Position numbers and translations under genes: made by a program. Of a stretch of 64,000 bases of DNA, positions 50,022 through 59,996 are shown in pieces (the first letter of the stretch is position 1; every line of letters begins with the position of its first letter). Origin of the DNA: an uncultured Candidatus Rokubacteria bacterium (GTDB lineage: Bacteria; Methylomirabilota; Methylomirabilia; Rokubacteriales; CSP1-6); contig CAVWFS010000001.1 in NCBI GenBank assembly GCA_963754315.1, forward strand, positions 160,001 to 224,000. The letters are read 5' to 3'. The notes under the pieces were generated by a model that searched no databases, had not been told where the DNA came from, and saw only the letters and a list, made by a program, of their open reading frames with translations.

Positions 50022-52078
50022 GCCCGCCCGCTCTGGACGCGCTGTTCGCTCCACGCTCGCTCGTCGTGCTCGGCGTCTCCCGGGATCCTGCCAAGCTGGG
50101 TTCCAAGCTCCTCCAGAACGTCAAAGCCCGTGGCTTCGAGGGGCCTGTTCACGTGGTCCATCCCGGAGGTGGGCCCATCCTCGATTGCCCGACGGTCGAT
50201 CGGATCGAGCGATTGCCGAGAGACATCGATCTCGCTCTCGTCAGCCTGCCAGCGGTGGGGGTGCCCCTTGCCCTTGCCCAGCTTGGGGAACGCGGCGTGC
50301 GGGTGGCCGTCATTCTCTCCTCCGGGTTTGGCGAAGTCGACGCGGAAGGTCGTGGGGTGGAAGCGACTCTCCTCGCGGACGCGCGACGGAGCGGCCTACG
50401 CCTGGTCGGTCCCAACTGCATGGGCGTGTACTCAGCGCCCGCCCGCCTCAACGGCACCTATTTTTGGGACCTGCCACAGGTTCCTGGCGGTATCAGCGTG
50501 GTGTCGCAAAGTGGCGCCTACGGCGGGCTGATCTTCCGTCGCTTGAGTGAACGCGGCCTCGGTGTGTCGCGCTTCCTTTCGATCGGAAACCAGGCCGACG
50601 TCGACATCGCCGAGGTGATCGCTTACCTCGTCCGCGATCAGGACACGCGGCTCATCGCGTGCTTCGTCGAGGCGCTGCGCAACGGGCGGCGCTTCGTCGA
50701 GGTGGCGTCCGAGGCCACGAGGGAAAAGCCGATCGTCCTCCTCAAGGGCGGACGCTCGGAGGCCGGCCGTCGCGCGGCCGGCTCTCACACGGGATCCTTG
50801 GCCGGTAGCTACGATCTCTACCAGGCAGCCTGTGATCGGGCTGGTGTGGTGCTGGCTGAGGAGACCGAGGAGTTCTTCGACGCCATCGAAGCGCTGGCGA
50901 CTTCCCGCGAGGTGCGACCGTCAGCGGCCAGCGTGGCGGTGATCACCGTCTCCGGCGGTCCATCGGTGGTGGCTGCCGACGCGGCGGAGCGGGCGGGCCT
51001 GCGCGTTCCGCCCCTCTCTGGGGTAGCGAGGGCCGCGCTCCGGGGATTGCTGCCGCCGTTCGCGGCGGTCGGGAATCCGGTCGACCTCACTCCCCAGGTC
51101 GACCCGCGCAACATCGCGCCTGCGATTCGGCTCGTGATGCAGCAAGAGGAGGTGTCCGGCGCTATCGCGGTCAACGTGGGTCTCGACTTCCCCGAGTTTG
51201 CCGAGGGAGTGCTCGGTGCGATGCGTGAGGCAGGCAAACCCGTGGTAGCGTTCGTCGCCGACACTCCGGGCCTGAGTGCCCGCTTCAAGTCAGCGGGGGT
51301 GACGACCTTACCCAGCCCAGAGCGGGCCGTCCGTGCCTGGCGTGCGCTGTGGGCGGCGCGGCCTCGCCCGCCGAGCGTGGCGCGGCGGCCGCCCCGCGCG
51401 CTGCCACCCGACGTGCGAGCAGCGCTCGTCACTGCCGAGGGCGCATTGCCCGGGTCTCTCGCCCGGCGTGCCCTGGAGGCCTACGGCGTTCGCTTCTGTC
51501 GCGAGCAGACGGTGACCACGACTGAGCAAGCGGTGCAGGCGGCGGACCAGATCGGCTACCCGGTGGTGGTCAAGGCGGGCCGAGCCGGCCTCCTTCACAA
51601 GACCGAAGTGGGAGGCGTGCGCATGGATCTTGAGAACGCGGCTGCCGTGCGCCGGGCTTGCAAGGAGCTGCGAGCACGCGTGGGCGCCCAGCATTTCGTG
51701 GTCCAGGCTCGGGTAGGACCCGGAGTCGAGCTGCTGATCGGCGCCCGGCGCGACGAGTCGTTCGGCGCCGTGATAGCGGCGGGGGTCGGCGGCATCCTCA
51801 CCGAGGTGATGCGCGAGGTTGCGTTCCGGCTGGCGCCGCTCGGCCGTGACGAAGCCCGCGCCATGTTGCACGAGGGGGCGCGGGGGCGTCTGCTGACCGG
51901 CCCCCGTGGGTTGCCAAGGTGCGACGACGACCCTCTCATCGACGCTCTCCTAGGCGTGGGGGATCTCATGCTGGCCGAACCCCGTATCCTCGAGATCGAT
52001 CTCAATCCAGTGATCGCCGCTGGCCGCCAGGCGGTGGCGGTGGATGTGCTCTTGATCGCCGGGCCCACGGGCGGGTAA
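50018..52078 (+). CDS. ADP-forming acyl-CoA synthetase (acetate-CoA ligase family, fused alpha-beta)
   Basis: [47 protein letters not shown]. Confidence 0.88.
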   Translation: MSPPALDALFAPRSLVVLGVSRDPAKLGSKLLQNVKARGFEGPVHVVHPGGGPILDCPTVDRIERLPRDIDLALVSLPAVGVPLALAQLGERGVRVAVILSSGFGEVDAEGRGVEATLLADARRSGLRLVGPNCMGVYSAPARLNGTYFWDLPQVPGGISVVSQSGAYGGLIFRRLSERGLGVSRFLSIGNQADVDIAEVIAYLVRDQDTRLIACFVEALRNGRRFVEVASEATREKPIVLLKGGRSEAGRRAAGSHTGSLAGSYDLYQAACDRAGVVLAEETEEFFDAIEALATSREVRPSAASVAVITVSGGPSVVAADAAERAGLRVPPLSGVARAALRGLLPPFAAVGNPVDLTPQVDPRNIAPAIRLVMQQEEVSGAIAVNVGLDFPEFAEGVLGAMREAGKPVVAFVADTPGLSARFKSAGVTTLPSPERAVRAWRALWAARPRPPSVARRPPRALPPDVRAALVTAEGALPGSLARRALEAYGVRFCREQTVTTTEQAVQAADQIGYPVVVKAGRAGLLHKTEVGGVRMDLENAAAVRRACKELRARVGAQHFVVQARVGPGVELLIGARRDESFGAVIAAGVGGILTEVMREVAFRLAPLGRDEARAMLHEGARGRLLTGPRGLPRCDDDPLIDALLGVGDLMLAEPRILEIDLNPVIAAGRQAVAVDVLLIAGPTGG

Positions 52079-52113
52079 GGTCGCGGCAGGCGGGCGGAGG
52101 AGAGGAGGGAGCC

Positions 52114-53268
52114 ATGGCGCTCAAGGAGCCTTTTTATCTGACCGACGACCAGCGGATGATCCGGGACCTCGCGCGGAAGGTCGCGCGCGAAAAGATCGCG
52201 CCGGTCGCGAGCCAGTACGATGAGGCCGAGAGCTATCCCGCGGAGATCATGAAGCTCCTAGCCGACCAGGGCTTGTTCGGCGTCTGGATCCCCGAGGCCT
52301 ACGGCGGCACCGACATGGGGGCGCTGGCGGTAGCCCTCGTTGCGGAGGAGATCGCCTGGGCGTGCGCAGCCACTGCCACCAACTGGGGGGCCACACCCCT
52401 CGGCGGCTATCCCATTCTTCTCGCCGGAAGCGAGGAGCAGAAGGCGCGCTACTTGCCGAGGCTGGCCACGGGTGACATCCTGGCCGCCTACTCGCTGTCC
52501 GAGCCAGGCGCCGGCTCCGACGCCGCCAGCCTGCAGACCACGGCGGTCCGCAAGGGTGACCGCTACATCCTGAACGGGAGCAAGCTCTGGTGCTCAAACG
52601 GTTCCAACGCCGGCGTCATCACGCTCTTCGCCACCGTCGACAAGACGAAAGGTACGCGGGGAGTCACCGCCTTTCTCATCGAGCCGAGCTTCAAGGGGTT
52701 TGCGATCGGCAAGAAAGAGAGGAAGATGGGTATCCGTGCGTCACCGACCGTCGCGTTCCATCTGGAGGACTGTGAGGTGCCGGCTGAGAACCGTCTGGGG
52801 GCCGAGGGCGAAGGCTTCAAGATCGCCATGCGCACCCTCGACTATACCCGGCCCATGACGGGTGCCACCGCGGTGGGGGTGGCCCAGGCCGCCCTCGATG
52901 CCGCCACGGGTTACGCGCAGGAGCGGAAGCAGTTCGGGCAGCCCATCGCGGCGTTCCAGGGGCTCCAGTTCATGCTGGCGGACATGGCCATTCAAGTCCA
53001 CGCCTCCCGCTTGATGGTGCACCACGTGGCCCAGCTCGTGGACCGAGGAACACCCTCGGCCGTGCTGGAGGCGTCGATGGCCAAGTGCTTCGCGGCCGAC
53101 AGCGCCATGAGGGTGGCCACCGACGCCGTGCAGATCTTCGGTGGGGTCGGCTACACGCGCGAGTTTCCGGTTGAGCGCTTCATGCGCGACGCCAAGATCA
53201 TGCAAATCTACGAAGGAACGAATCAGATCCAGCGCGTGATCATCGCCCGCGAGCTTCTGGAGGGCTAG
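52114..53268 (+). CDS. Acyl-CoA dehydrogenase
   Basis: [47 protein letters not shown]. Confidence 0.93.
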   Translation: MALKEPFYLTDDQRMIRDLARKVAREKIAPVASQYDEAESYPAEIMKLLADQGLFGVWIPEAYGGTDMGALAVALVAEEIAWACAATATNWGATPLGGYPILLAGSEEQKARYLPRLATGDILAAYSLSEPGAGSDAASLQTTAVRKGDRYILNGSKLWCSNGSNAGVITLFATVDKTKGTRGVTAFLIEPSFKGFAIGKKERKMGIRASPTVAFHLEDCEVPAENRLGAEGEGFKIAMRTLDYTRPMTGATAVGVAQAALDAATGYAQERKQFGQPIAAFQGLQFMLADMAIQVHASRLMVHHVAQLVDRGTPSAVLEASMAKCFAADSAMRVATDAVQIFGGVGYTREFPVERFMRDAKIMQIYEGTNQIQRVIIARELLEG

Positions 53269-53285
53269 GTGGAGACAGCCAGAGC

Positions 53286-54635
53286 GTGAGCACCCCCTCC
53301 GACGTGAGCGGCCGATCGGTCGCCATGTCCCAGCCAGCCCTCCGAACCATGGACGTCGCGGCCCTGATCGTAGGCACGGTCGTCGGAGCCGGCATCTTCC
53401 GCACGCCAGCCCTGGTCGCGGCCAACTCGGGCAGCGAGGCGCACATGCTCCTCGCCTGGGTCGTGGGGGGTCTGGTGTCACTGGTGGGCGCCCTCTGCTA
53501 TGCGGAACTGGCCACCGCGTACCCGCATCCTGGGGGCGACTATCACTACTTGACGCGGGCGCTGGGTCGACGGTTCGCGTTCCTCTTCGCCTGGGCGAGA
53601 ATCAGCGTGATCCAGACGGGTTCGATCGCTCTGCTCGCGTTTATCTTCGCGGACTACGCCACGGAGATCGCGCCGCTAGGACCGGCCTCATCGGGCGTGT
53701 ATGCGGCGCTGTGCGTCGTCGGGCTGACTGCGCTGAACGTGGCGGGGGTCCGGCAGGGCAAGGGGGTCCAGAAGCTTCTGACAGCGCTGGAGGTCGTCGG
53801 GCTCGCGCTCGTCGTGGGCGCCGGGCTGTTCGTGACCCCAGCCGTCGGCCTCACGACGGCTCCCGCCGCCGCTGGCTCGACCGCGTTCGGCCTCGTGATG
53901 GTGTTCGTGCTGCTGACTTACGGCGGCTGGAACGAGGCATCCTACGTCTCGGCCGAGGTCCACCACCGCCGGGACATCGTGCGCGCCCTCGTCGGCAGCC
54001 TGGTAGCGATCACGGTGCTGTATGTGCTCGTGAACTGGGCGTACCTTCGCGGCCTGGGCCTGGCTGGCGTCGCCGGCTCGCGCACGGTAGCGGCCGATCT
54101 CTTGGAGCGTGCGGTCGGCCCGGGAGGAGGCCGGATGGTGGGAGCCCTCATCGCCGTGTGCGCCTTGACCTCGGCGAATGCCGCGGTGTTCACGGGGGGG
54201 CGCAGCGCCTACGCCTTGGGCCGCGACTTTCGGGTCTTCGCCTTTCTCGGCCGCTGGCATGCGGGGCTGCGCACGCCGGGCAACGCCATCCTCGCGCAGG
54301 GGGCCGTGGCCTTGGCTCTCGTGCTCTTTGGCGCATCGACCCGCCATGGCTTCGAAACCATGGTGGAGTACACTGCACCCGTGTTCTGGATGTTCTTCAT
54401 GCTCACCGGCGTGTCGCTGGTCGTGCTGCGCCGCAAGGAGCCCACAGTGGCTCGCCCGTTCCGGGTGCCACTCTATCCACTGACGCCGTTGCTGTTCTCC
54501 GCCACCGCCGCCTATCTCCTCTATGCCAGCCTGGCCTACGCGGGGTCCGGCGTCCTCGTGGGCCTGGGGGTACTGGCGGTCGGCGGCGGTGTCCTCATCC
54601 TGTCAAAAGGCCGCGAGGCCGAAGGAGGAACTTGA
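53286..54635 (+). CDS. APC-family amino acid permease
   Basis: VGAGIFRTP, YAELATAYP..GG.Y, TYGGWNE, RPFRVPLYP. Confidence 0.88.
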   Translation: MSTPSDVSGRSVAMSQPALRTMDVAALIVGTVVGAGIFRTPALVAANSGSEAHMLLAWVVGGLVSLVGALCYAELATAYPHPGGDYHYLTRALGRRFAFLFAWARISVIQTGSIALLAFIFADYATEIAPLGPASSGVYAALCVVGLTALNVAGVRQGKGVQKLLTALEVVGLALVVGAGLFVTPAVGLTTAPAAAGSTAFGLVMVFVLLTYGGWNEASYVSAEVHHRRDIVRALVGSLVAITVLYVLVNWAYLRGLGLAGVAGSRTVAADLLERAVGPGGGRMVGALIAVCALTSANAAVFTGGRSAYALGRDFRVFAFLGRWHAGLRTPGNAILAQGAVALALVLFGASTRHGFETMVEYTAPVFWMFFMLTGVSLVVLRRKEPTVARPFRVPLYPLTPLLFSATAAYLLYASLAYAGSGVLVGLGVLAVGGGVLILSKGREAEGGT

Positions 54636-54637
54636 GA

Positions 54638-55211
54638 ATGTTTCGCCTGCGAACCGTCGTCACTTTGCTCATCCTGGCTCTCGTCAGCGTGGCCGTCACC
54701 GTGGGGGCCCAGACGACTCCCGTCGAGACCAAGCCCCTCGACGTCCCCTACGTGCCGACCAAGGAGGCAGATCGTCGACCGGATGCTTCGGATGGCCAAG
54801 GTAAAGCAGGGTGACGTGCTCTACGATCTGGGCTGCGGTGATGGCCGCATCGTGATCGCGGCGGCCAAGCGTTTTGGCATCCGCGGTGTCGGCATCGATA
54901 TCGACCCCCAGCGCATCGCCGAGGCCGAGGAGAACGCCCGCAAGGCCGGGGTGGCCGACCGGGTGAAGTTCATCCAGGGCGACCTGTTCGAGGCCAAGAT
55001 CCAGGATGCGTCGGTGGTGACCCTCTATCTGCTGCCCGAGGTCAATCTCAGGTTGCGCCCCAAGCTGCTGAGCGACCTCAAGCCGGGCACGCGGATCGTC
55101 TCGCACAACTACGATATGGGCGACTGGAAGCCCGAGCAAACGGCAAAGCTCACCGTCGATGGCACCGAGCACACCGTCTACGCATGGACGGTTCCCAAGC
55201 CAAAGCCCTAG
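54638..55211 (+). CDS. Class I SAM-dependent methyltransferase with signal peptide; +1 frame break at about 54767
   Basis: MFRLRTVVTLLILALVSVAVTVGAQ..DVPYVPT, then YDLGCGDGRI, GIDID, TLYLLP, RIVSH in the next frame. Confidence 0.82.
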
Positions 55212-55347
55212 TGCTCTCGATATGAAGGCTCCGAATGCTGCGCCGCGTCGCGACCGCTGAGAGGCAATACCTCTCGAGCGAGCGGCTTGCCTTTCGGCGC
55301 GTGATGGCGGATATTTTCCGCAACGTCGTTGGGGGGAGGAACTATCA

Positions 55348-55798
55348 ATGGCACGCTTGACGATCAACGGCAGCGCCATCGAGGTCAACGTCGATCCCGG
55401 CATGCCTCTGCTGTGGGCAATCCGGGAGCAGGCCGGCCTCACCGGGACCAAGTATGGATGTGGTATCGCCCAGTGCGGCGCTTGCACCGTGCATCTCGAT
55501 GGGGCGGCTGTCCGCTCCTGCGTGATGCCTGTGAGCGCGGCCGTCGGCAGAGCAGGTCACGACCATCGAAGGCCTCGCCAGCGGCGGAGTCCTGCACAAG
55601 GTGCAGAAGGCTTGGGTGGAGTACGAGGTGCCCCAGTGCGGCTACTGCCAGGCGGGGATGATCATGGCGGTGGCTGCGCTCCTCAAGGACAAGCCCAAGC
55701 CGACCGACGCCGACATCGACGCGACGGTCACCAACATCTGTCGCTGCGGCACGTTCCAGCAAGTGCGTGAGGCCATCCACGCCGCCGCCAAGGCATAA
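55348..55798 (+). CDS. (2Fe-2S) subunit, IorA/CoxS-like; +1 frame break at about 55550
   Basis: [19 protein letters not shown], then VTTIEGL, QCGYCQ.G, NICRCGT. Confidence 0.88.
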
Positions 55799-55810
55799 GG
55801 GGGAGCCGCC

Positions 55811-57991
55811 ATGATCACCAAGGCCGGAAGATCGATCGCCGCTCCTTCATCATCAGCACCGCTGCCGTCGGGGGCGGGCTCGCGCTCGGGCCTGAACCTC
55901 CCGCTCGGCGGCAGCGTCGTCCGTGCCCAGGACGGGTCGCCCGAAGTTACCGCCTGGGTGGTGATCCGCCCAGACGACACGGTCGTCATCCGGGTTGCGC
56001 GCTCGGAGATGGGGCAGGGGACTATCACCGGCCTCGCCCAGATGGTGGCCGAGGAGCTCGAGTGCGACTGGTCGAAGGTGACCACCGAATATCCCACGCC
56101 CGGTCAGAGCGTTGCGCGCAAGCGCGTGTGGGGCGATTTCTCCACCGGCGGCAGCCGCGGTATCCGCGACTCGCATCAATACGTGCGCCAGGGCGGTGCC
56201 ACGGCGCGTGTGATGCTGGTCCAAGCCGCGGCCAATACCTGGGGAGTGCCTGCCTCCGAGTGCAGCGCCGCCAACAGCGTTATCACGCACCGCCCCTCCG
56301 GCCGGACGACCACGTACGGCAAGGTGGCGGAAGCGGCCGCCAAGGTCACCCCGCCGGCGAACGTGCCGCTCAAGGACCCGAAGGAATGGAAGCTCATTGG
56401 CAAGCCGGTGAAGCGGCTTGACACCTTGCCGAAGGTGACCGGCGCGCAAGTCTACGGGTTCGATCTGAAGCTGCCCGGGATGCTCAACGCCGCCATCAAG
56501 GACTGCCCGGTCTTCGGCGGCAAGGTGAAGAGCTTCGAAGCGGCCAAGGTCAAGGGCATGCCGGGGGTTCGCCACGTGGTGCGGGTGGGCGATTCGGCGG
56601 TCGCGGTGGTGGCCGATACGTGGTGGCAGGCCAAGACCGCGCTCGATGCGCTTCCCATCGTCTGGGACGAAGGCCCGAATGCCAAGGTCTCGAGCGCCAC
56701 GATCGCCGACATGCTGAAGGCCGGCCTCGACGCCGACCAGGCCTTCGTGGCCAACCAGAACGGCGACGTGAAGGCCGCCATCGCCGGCGCGGCCAAGAAG
56801 GTCGAGGCCGTCTACGCCTACCCGTTCCAGAACCACGCGCCGATGGAACCGATGAACGCCACGGCGAAGTACACGCCGGACCGCTGCGAGGTCTGGGTGC
56901 CTACACAAAACGGCGAGGCCGCGTTCGCGGCGACATTGGCGGCCTCCGGCCTGCCCGCCGACAAGTGCGAGGTCTACAAGATCAACCTCGGCGGCGGTTT
57001 CGGCCGGCGCGGCGCCTTTCACGACTACGTGACCCAGGCCGTCCTCATCGCCAAGCAGATGCCCGGCACGCCGGTGAAGCTCCTGTGGACGCGCGAAGAG
57101 GACATGCTGCACGGCCGGTATCACCCGGTCATGCAGTGCAAGCTGGTCGGCGCGTTCGATACGAGCAACAACCTTACCGGCCTGCACATGCGCCTGTCGG
57201 GGCAATCGATCCTCAGCGTCGTGCGGCCGGAGGCTCTCCAGGACGGCAAGGACCCCCTGGTGTTCCAGGGGCTCAATCCGGGTGGGGACTTCGCCATCGG
57301 CTACAGCGTGCCCAACTTGTTGATCGACCATGCCATGCGCAACACGCACGTCCCGCCCGGGTTCTGGCGCGGCGTGAACATCAACCAGAACGCGATCTTC
57401 CTCGAGTGCTTCATGGACGAGCTGGCCCATGCTGCTGGCCAGGATCCCCTCGAGTTCCGACGGAAGTTGATGGCCAAGCATCCGAAGCACCTCGCGGTGC
57501 TGAACGCGGTGGCCGACCGGGCTGGCTGGGGCAAACCTGCGCCACAGGGTGTATATCGCGGGCTGGCGCAGATGCACTCGTTCGGCAGCTACGTGGCGGC
57601 GTGCGCGGAGATCTCTGTCAAGGACAGTAACAAGGTGGAAATCCATCGGATCGTCGCCGCCACCGATTGCGGGTATGCCGTCAACCCGGCGCAGATCGAG
57701 CGCCAGATTGCCGGTTCGTTCGTCTACGGGTTGTCCGCGCTCTTCATGGAGGAGTGCACGGTCAAGGACGGCCACATCGAGCAGACGAACTTCAATACGT
57801 ACGACTCGATGCGGATCGCGCAGATGCCGAAGGTCGAGTCGATCGTCATGCCGTCCGGCGGGTTCTGGGGTGGGGTCGGCGAGCCGACGATCTGCGTGGC
57901 GGCGCCGGCCGTCCTCAACGCGTTCTTCGCCGCCACCGGCAAGCGGATCCGCACGGTCCCGCTGAAAAACCACGGCATCACCTTGGTGTAA
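55811..57991 (+). CDS. Molybdopterin subunit, isoquinoline 1-oxidoreductase beta (IorB)-like, with Tat signal in a shifted frame
   Basis: RSEMGQG, TGGSRG, HAPMEPMN, LGGGFGRR, GFWRGV, GGVGEP; DRRSFIISTAAVGGGLALG in an alternative frame at about 55834-55890. Confidence 0.88.
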   Translation: MITKAGRSIAAPSSSAPLPSGAGSRSGLNLPLGGSVVRAQDGSPEVTAWVVIRPDDTVVIRVARSEMGQGTITGLAQMVAEELECDWSKVTTEYPTPGQSVARKRVWGDFSTGGSRGIRDSHQYVRQGGATARVMLVQAAANTWGVPASECSAANSVITHRPSGRTTTYGKVAEAAAKVTPPANVPLKDPKEWKLIGKPVKRLDTLPKVTGAQVYGFDLKLPGMLNAAIKDCPVFGGKVKSFEAAKVKGMPGVRHVVRVGDSAVAVVADTWWQAKTALDALPIVWDEGPNAKVSSATIADMLKAGLDADQAFVANQNGDVKAAIAGAAKKVEAVYAYPFQNHAPMEPMNATAKYTPDRCEVWVPTQNGEAAFAATLAASGLPADKCEVYKINLGGGFGRRGAFHDYVTQAVLIAKQMPGTPVKLLWTREEDMLHGRYHPVMQCKLVGAFDTSNNLTGLHMRLSGQSILSVVRPEALQDGKDPLVFQGLNPGGDFAIGYSVPNLLIDHAMRNTHVPPGFWRGVNINQNAIFLECFMDELAHAAGQDPLEFRRKLMAKHPKHLAVLNAVADRAGWGKPAPQGVYRGLAQMHSFGSYVAACAEISVKDSNKVEIHRIVAATDCGYAVNPAQIERQIAGSFVYGLSALFMEECTVKDGHIEQTNFNTYDSMRIAQMPKVESIVMPSGGFWGGVGEPTICVAAPAVLNAFFAATGKRIRTVPLKNHGITLV

Positions 57992-57994
57992 GCA

Positions 57995-58285
57995 ATGCGC
58001 AGGGCCCTGGCCGCGGCGATCGGATCCGCGTCGATCGCCGCGGCCGTGGTAGCGTGGGCCGAGCCGCCGGCCGGCGCGGCATCCTGCTCCGGTTGCCATC
58101 CGGCATCGGCGCGCGTGACGTCGCCGGTGCCGCGGCTGGGCGGCCTCGATCGGGCCGCCGTCGTGCGGGCCATGCAGGACTTCCGCTCGGGGCAGCGGGC
58201 CGCCACGGTGATGGACCGGATCGCCAAAGGGTTCACCGACGAGGAGGTCCAGGCCATCGCCGCCTGGTACGCGGCACAACGGTGA
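57995..58285 (+). CDS. Monoheme c-type cytochrome (FccA-like partner)
   Basis: Signal peptide, CSGCH, TVMDRIAKG. Confidence 0.85.
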   Translation: MRRALAAAIGSASIAAAVVAWAEPPAGAASCSGCHPASARVTSPVPRLGGLDRAAVVRAMQDFRSGQRAATVMDRIAKGFTDEEVQAIAAWYAAQR

Positions 58286-59556
58286 AGGTGGGCCGCCGCG
58301 ACTTTCTGGGCTCCATGGTGGCAGTCGCCACGGCGGCCGTGCTGTATCCTCGTCCGGCCTTCGCGCAAGGTGCTGCCCCCCGCGTCGTGGTGATCGGGGG
58401 GGGCTTCGCCGGCGCGAGTTGTGCCCGAGCCCTCCGTCAGCTCGACCCGGGTATTGCCGTGACCTTGGTCGAGCCGAACACGGCATTCACCGCATGCCCA
58501 TTCAGCAACGCCGTGATCGTCGGCTTGCGCGAGCTCAGCGCCCAGCAGTTCACGTACGAGCGCGTCGCCGCCGACGGCATCGTCGTGGCCCGCACGACCG
58601 CCACCGCCGTGGACCCGCACGCGCGTTCGGTGACAGTCGCGGACGGCGCGCGGCTGCCGTACGACCGGCTCGTGCTGGCGCCCGGCATCGATCTCCGATG
58701 GGGGGCCCTGCCGGGCTACGACGAGGCGGCGGCCGAGCTGGTGCCCCATGCCTGGCGCGCCGGCGAGCAGACCCTGCTGTTGCGCCGTCAGCTCGAGGCC
58801 ATGCCGGATGGTGGGCTGGTCGTCATCACGGCGCCGCCCAATCCGTTCCGTTGCCCGCCCGGGCCCTACGAGCGCGCCAGCCTGATCGCGCACTATCTGA
58901 AGACCAAGAAGCCACGCGCCAAGCTGCTCATCCTCGACGCCAAGGATGCCTTCTCGAAGCAGAAACTGTTTCAGGCGGCCTGGGCCGAGCTGTACCCGGG
59001 ACTGATCGAATGGGTACCGCTCTCCAAGGGCGGTAACGTTACGGCGGTGGAAGCCGCCACCCGCACCTTGGTGACCGATTTCGGCCGGCACAAGGCGGCG
59101 GTGGCCAACGTCATCCCGCCCCAGAAGGCCGGGCGCATCGCGGACGCGGCTGGTGTCGCCGACCGCACCGGCTGGTGCCCGATCGATCCGGTGACCTTCG
59201 AGTCGAAGCTGCAGCCGAGCATTCACGTCGTCGGTGACGCCGCCATCGCTGGCGCCATGCCGAAATCCGCCTTTGCCGCGAATTCTCAGGCCAAGACCTG
59301 CGCGGCCGCGGTCGTCCGGCTCCTCAGGGGCAGCGCGCCATCCACCCCCAAGCTGATCAACACGTGCTACAGCCTCATCGCGCCTGACTACGGGATCTCG
59401 ATTGCCGGCGTCTATCAGCCCTCGAGCGGACAGCTGGCTGACGTGCCGGGCGCCGGTGGAGTCAGCCCCTCGGAAGCCCCGCGGGCCACGCGCGCGGCGG
59501 AGGCTGTCCTCGCCGAGGCCTGGTTCCGCACCATCGCGGCCGAGGTGTTCGGCTGA
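58282..59556 (+). CDS. soxF: Flavocytochrome c sulfide dehydrogenase flavoprotein (SoxF/FccB)
   Basis: GRRDFL Tat motif, GGGFAG, CPFSN, HAWRAG, RCPPGPYERAS, MPKS, NTCYS; GTGA overlap. Confidence 0.88.
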   Translation: MKVGRRDFLGSMVAVATAAVLYPRPAFAQGAAPRVVVIGGGFAGASCARALRQLDPGIAVTLVEPNTAFTACPFSNAVIVGLRELSAQQFTYERVAADGIVVARTTATAVDPHARSVTVADGARLPYDRLVLAPGIDLRWGALPGYDEAAAELVPHAWRAGEQTLLLRRQLEAMPDGGLVVITAPPNPFRCPPGPYERASLIAHYLKTKKPRAKLLILDAKDAFSKQKLFQAAWAELYPGLIEWVPLSKGGNVTAVEAATRTLVTDFGRHKAAVANVIPPQKAGRIADAAGVADRTGWCPIDPVTFESKLQPSIHVVGDAAIAGAMPKSAFAANSQAKTCAAAVVRLLRGSAPSTPKLINTCYSLIAPDYGISIAGVYQPSSGQLADVPGAGGVSPSEAPRATRAAEAVLAEAWFRTIAAEVFG

Positions 59557-59996
59557 GGTTCACCACGACGTCGGGCAGGACGGCCAGGTGGTCGGCGGCG
59601 ATCGTCGCGGTCTGCTGCATGGTGGGTGTCGCGCACGGAGAGGATGGGATACCGCATTCGCTCACCGGCGCCAAGGGTGATCCGGCGCGAGGCCGCGCCA
59701 TCGTCGCCAACCGCCACGTTGGTCTCTGCCTGCTCTGTCACAGCGGGCCGTTTCCGGAGGAGCGATTCCAGGGCGATCTCGCGACGAATCTCGCCGGAGT
59801 CGGGGGCCGGCTGTCTGAGGGTCAGCTGCGGCTCCGGATCGTCGATCCGGCTCGGACTAACCCCGCTACTATCATGCCGGGGTATCATCGAATAGAGGGA
59901 CTAGTCCGGGTGGCGCCGGCCTATCGTGGCAAGCCCATCCTGAGCGCAGAGCAGATCGAGGACGTGGTGGCCTTCTTGATGACGTTGAAGGACTGA
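59553..59996 (+). CDS. soxX: Sulfur oxidation c-type cytochrome SoxX (first ATG 59619; signal peptide extends to CTG at 59553)
   Basis: GDPARGRAIV, CLLCH, NPATIMP, EQIEDVVAFL. Confidence 0.82.
   Translation: MRFTTTSGRTARWSAAIVAVCCMVGVAHGEDGIPHSLTGAKGDPARGRAIVANRHVGLCLLCHSGPFPEERFQGDLATNLAGVGGRLSEGQLRLRIVDPARTNPATIMPGYHRIEGLVRVAPAYRGKPILSAEQIEDVVAFLMTLKD

Noticed and set aside
55255..55290. TPP or Moco riboswitch upstream of iorA
   Set aside because: GCTGAGA is present, but the conserved ACCTGAT..GCGTAGGGA segment of TPP and the Moco motif elements are not visible.
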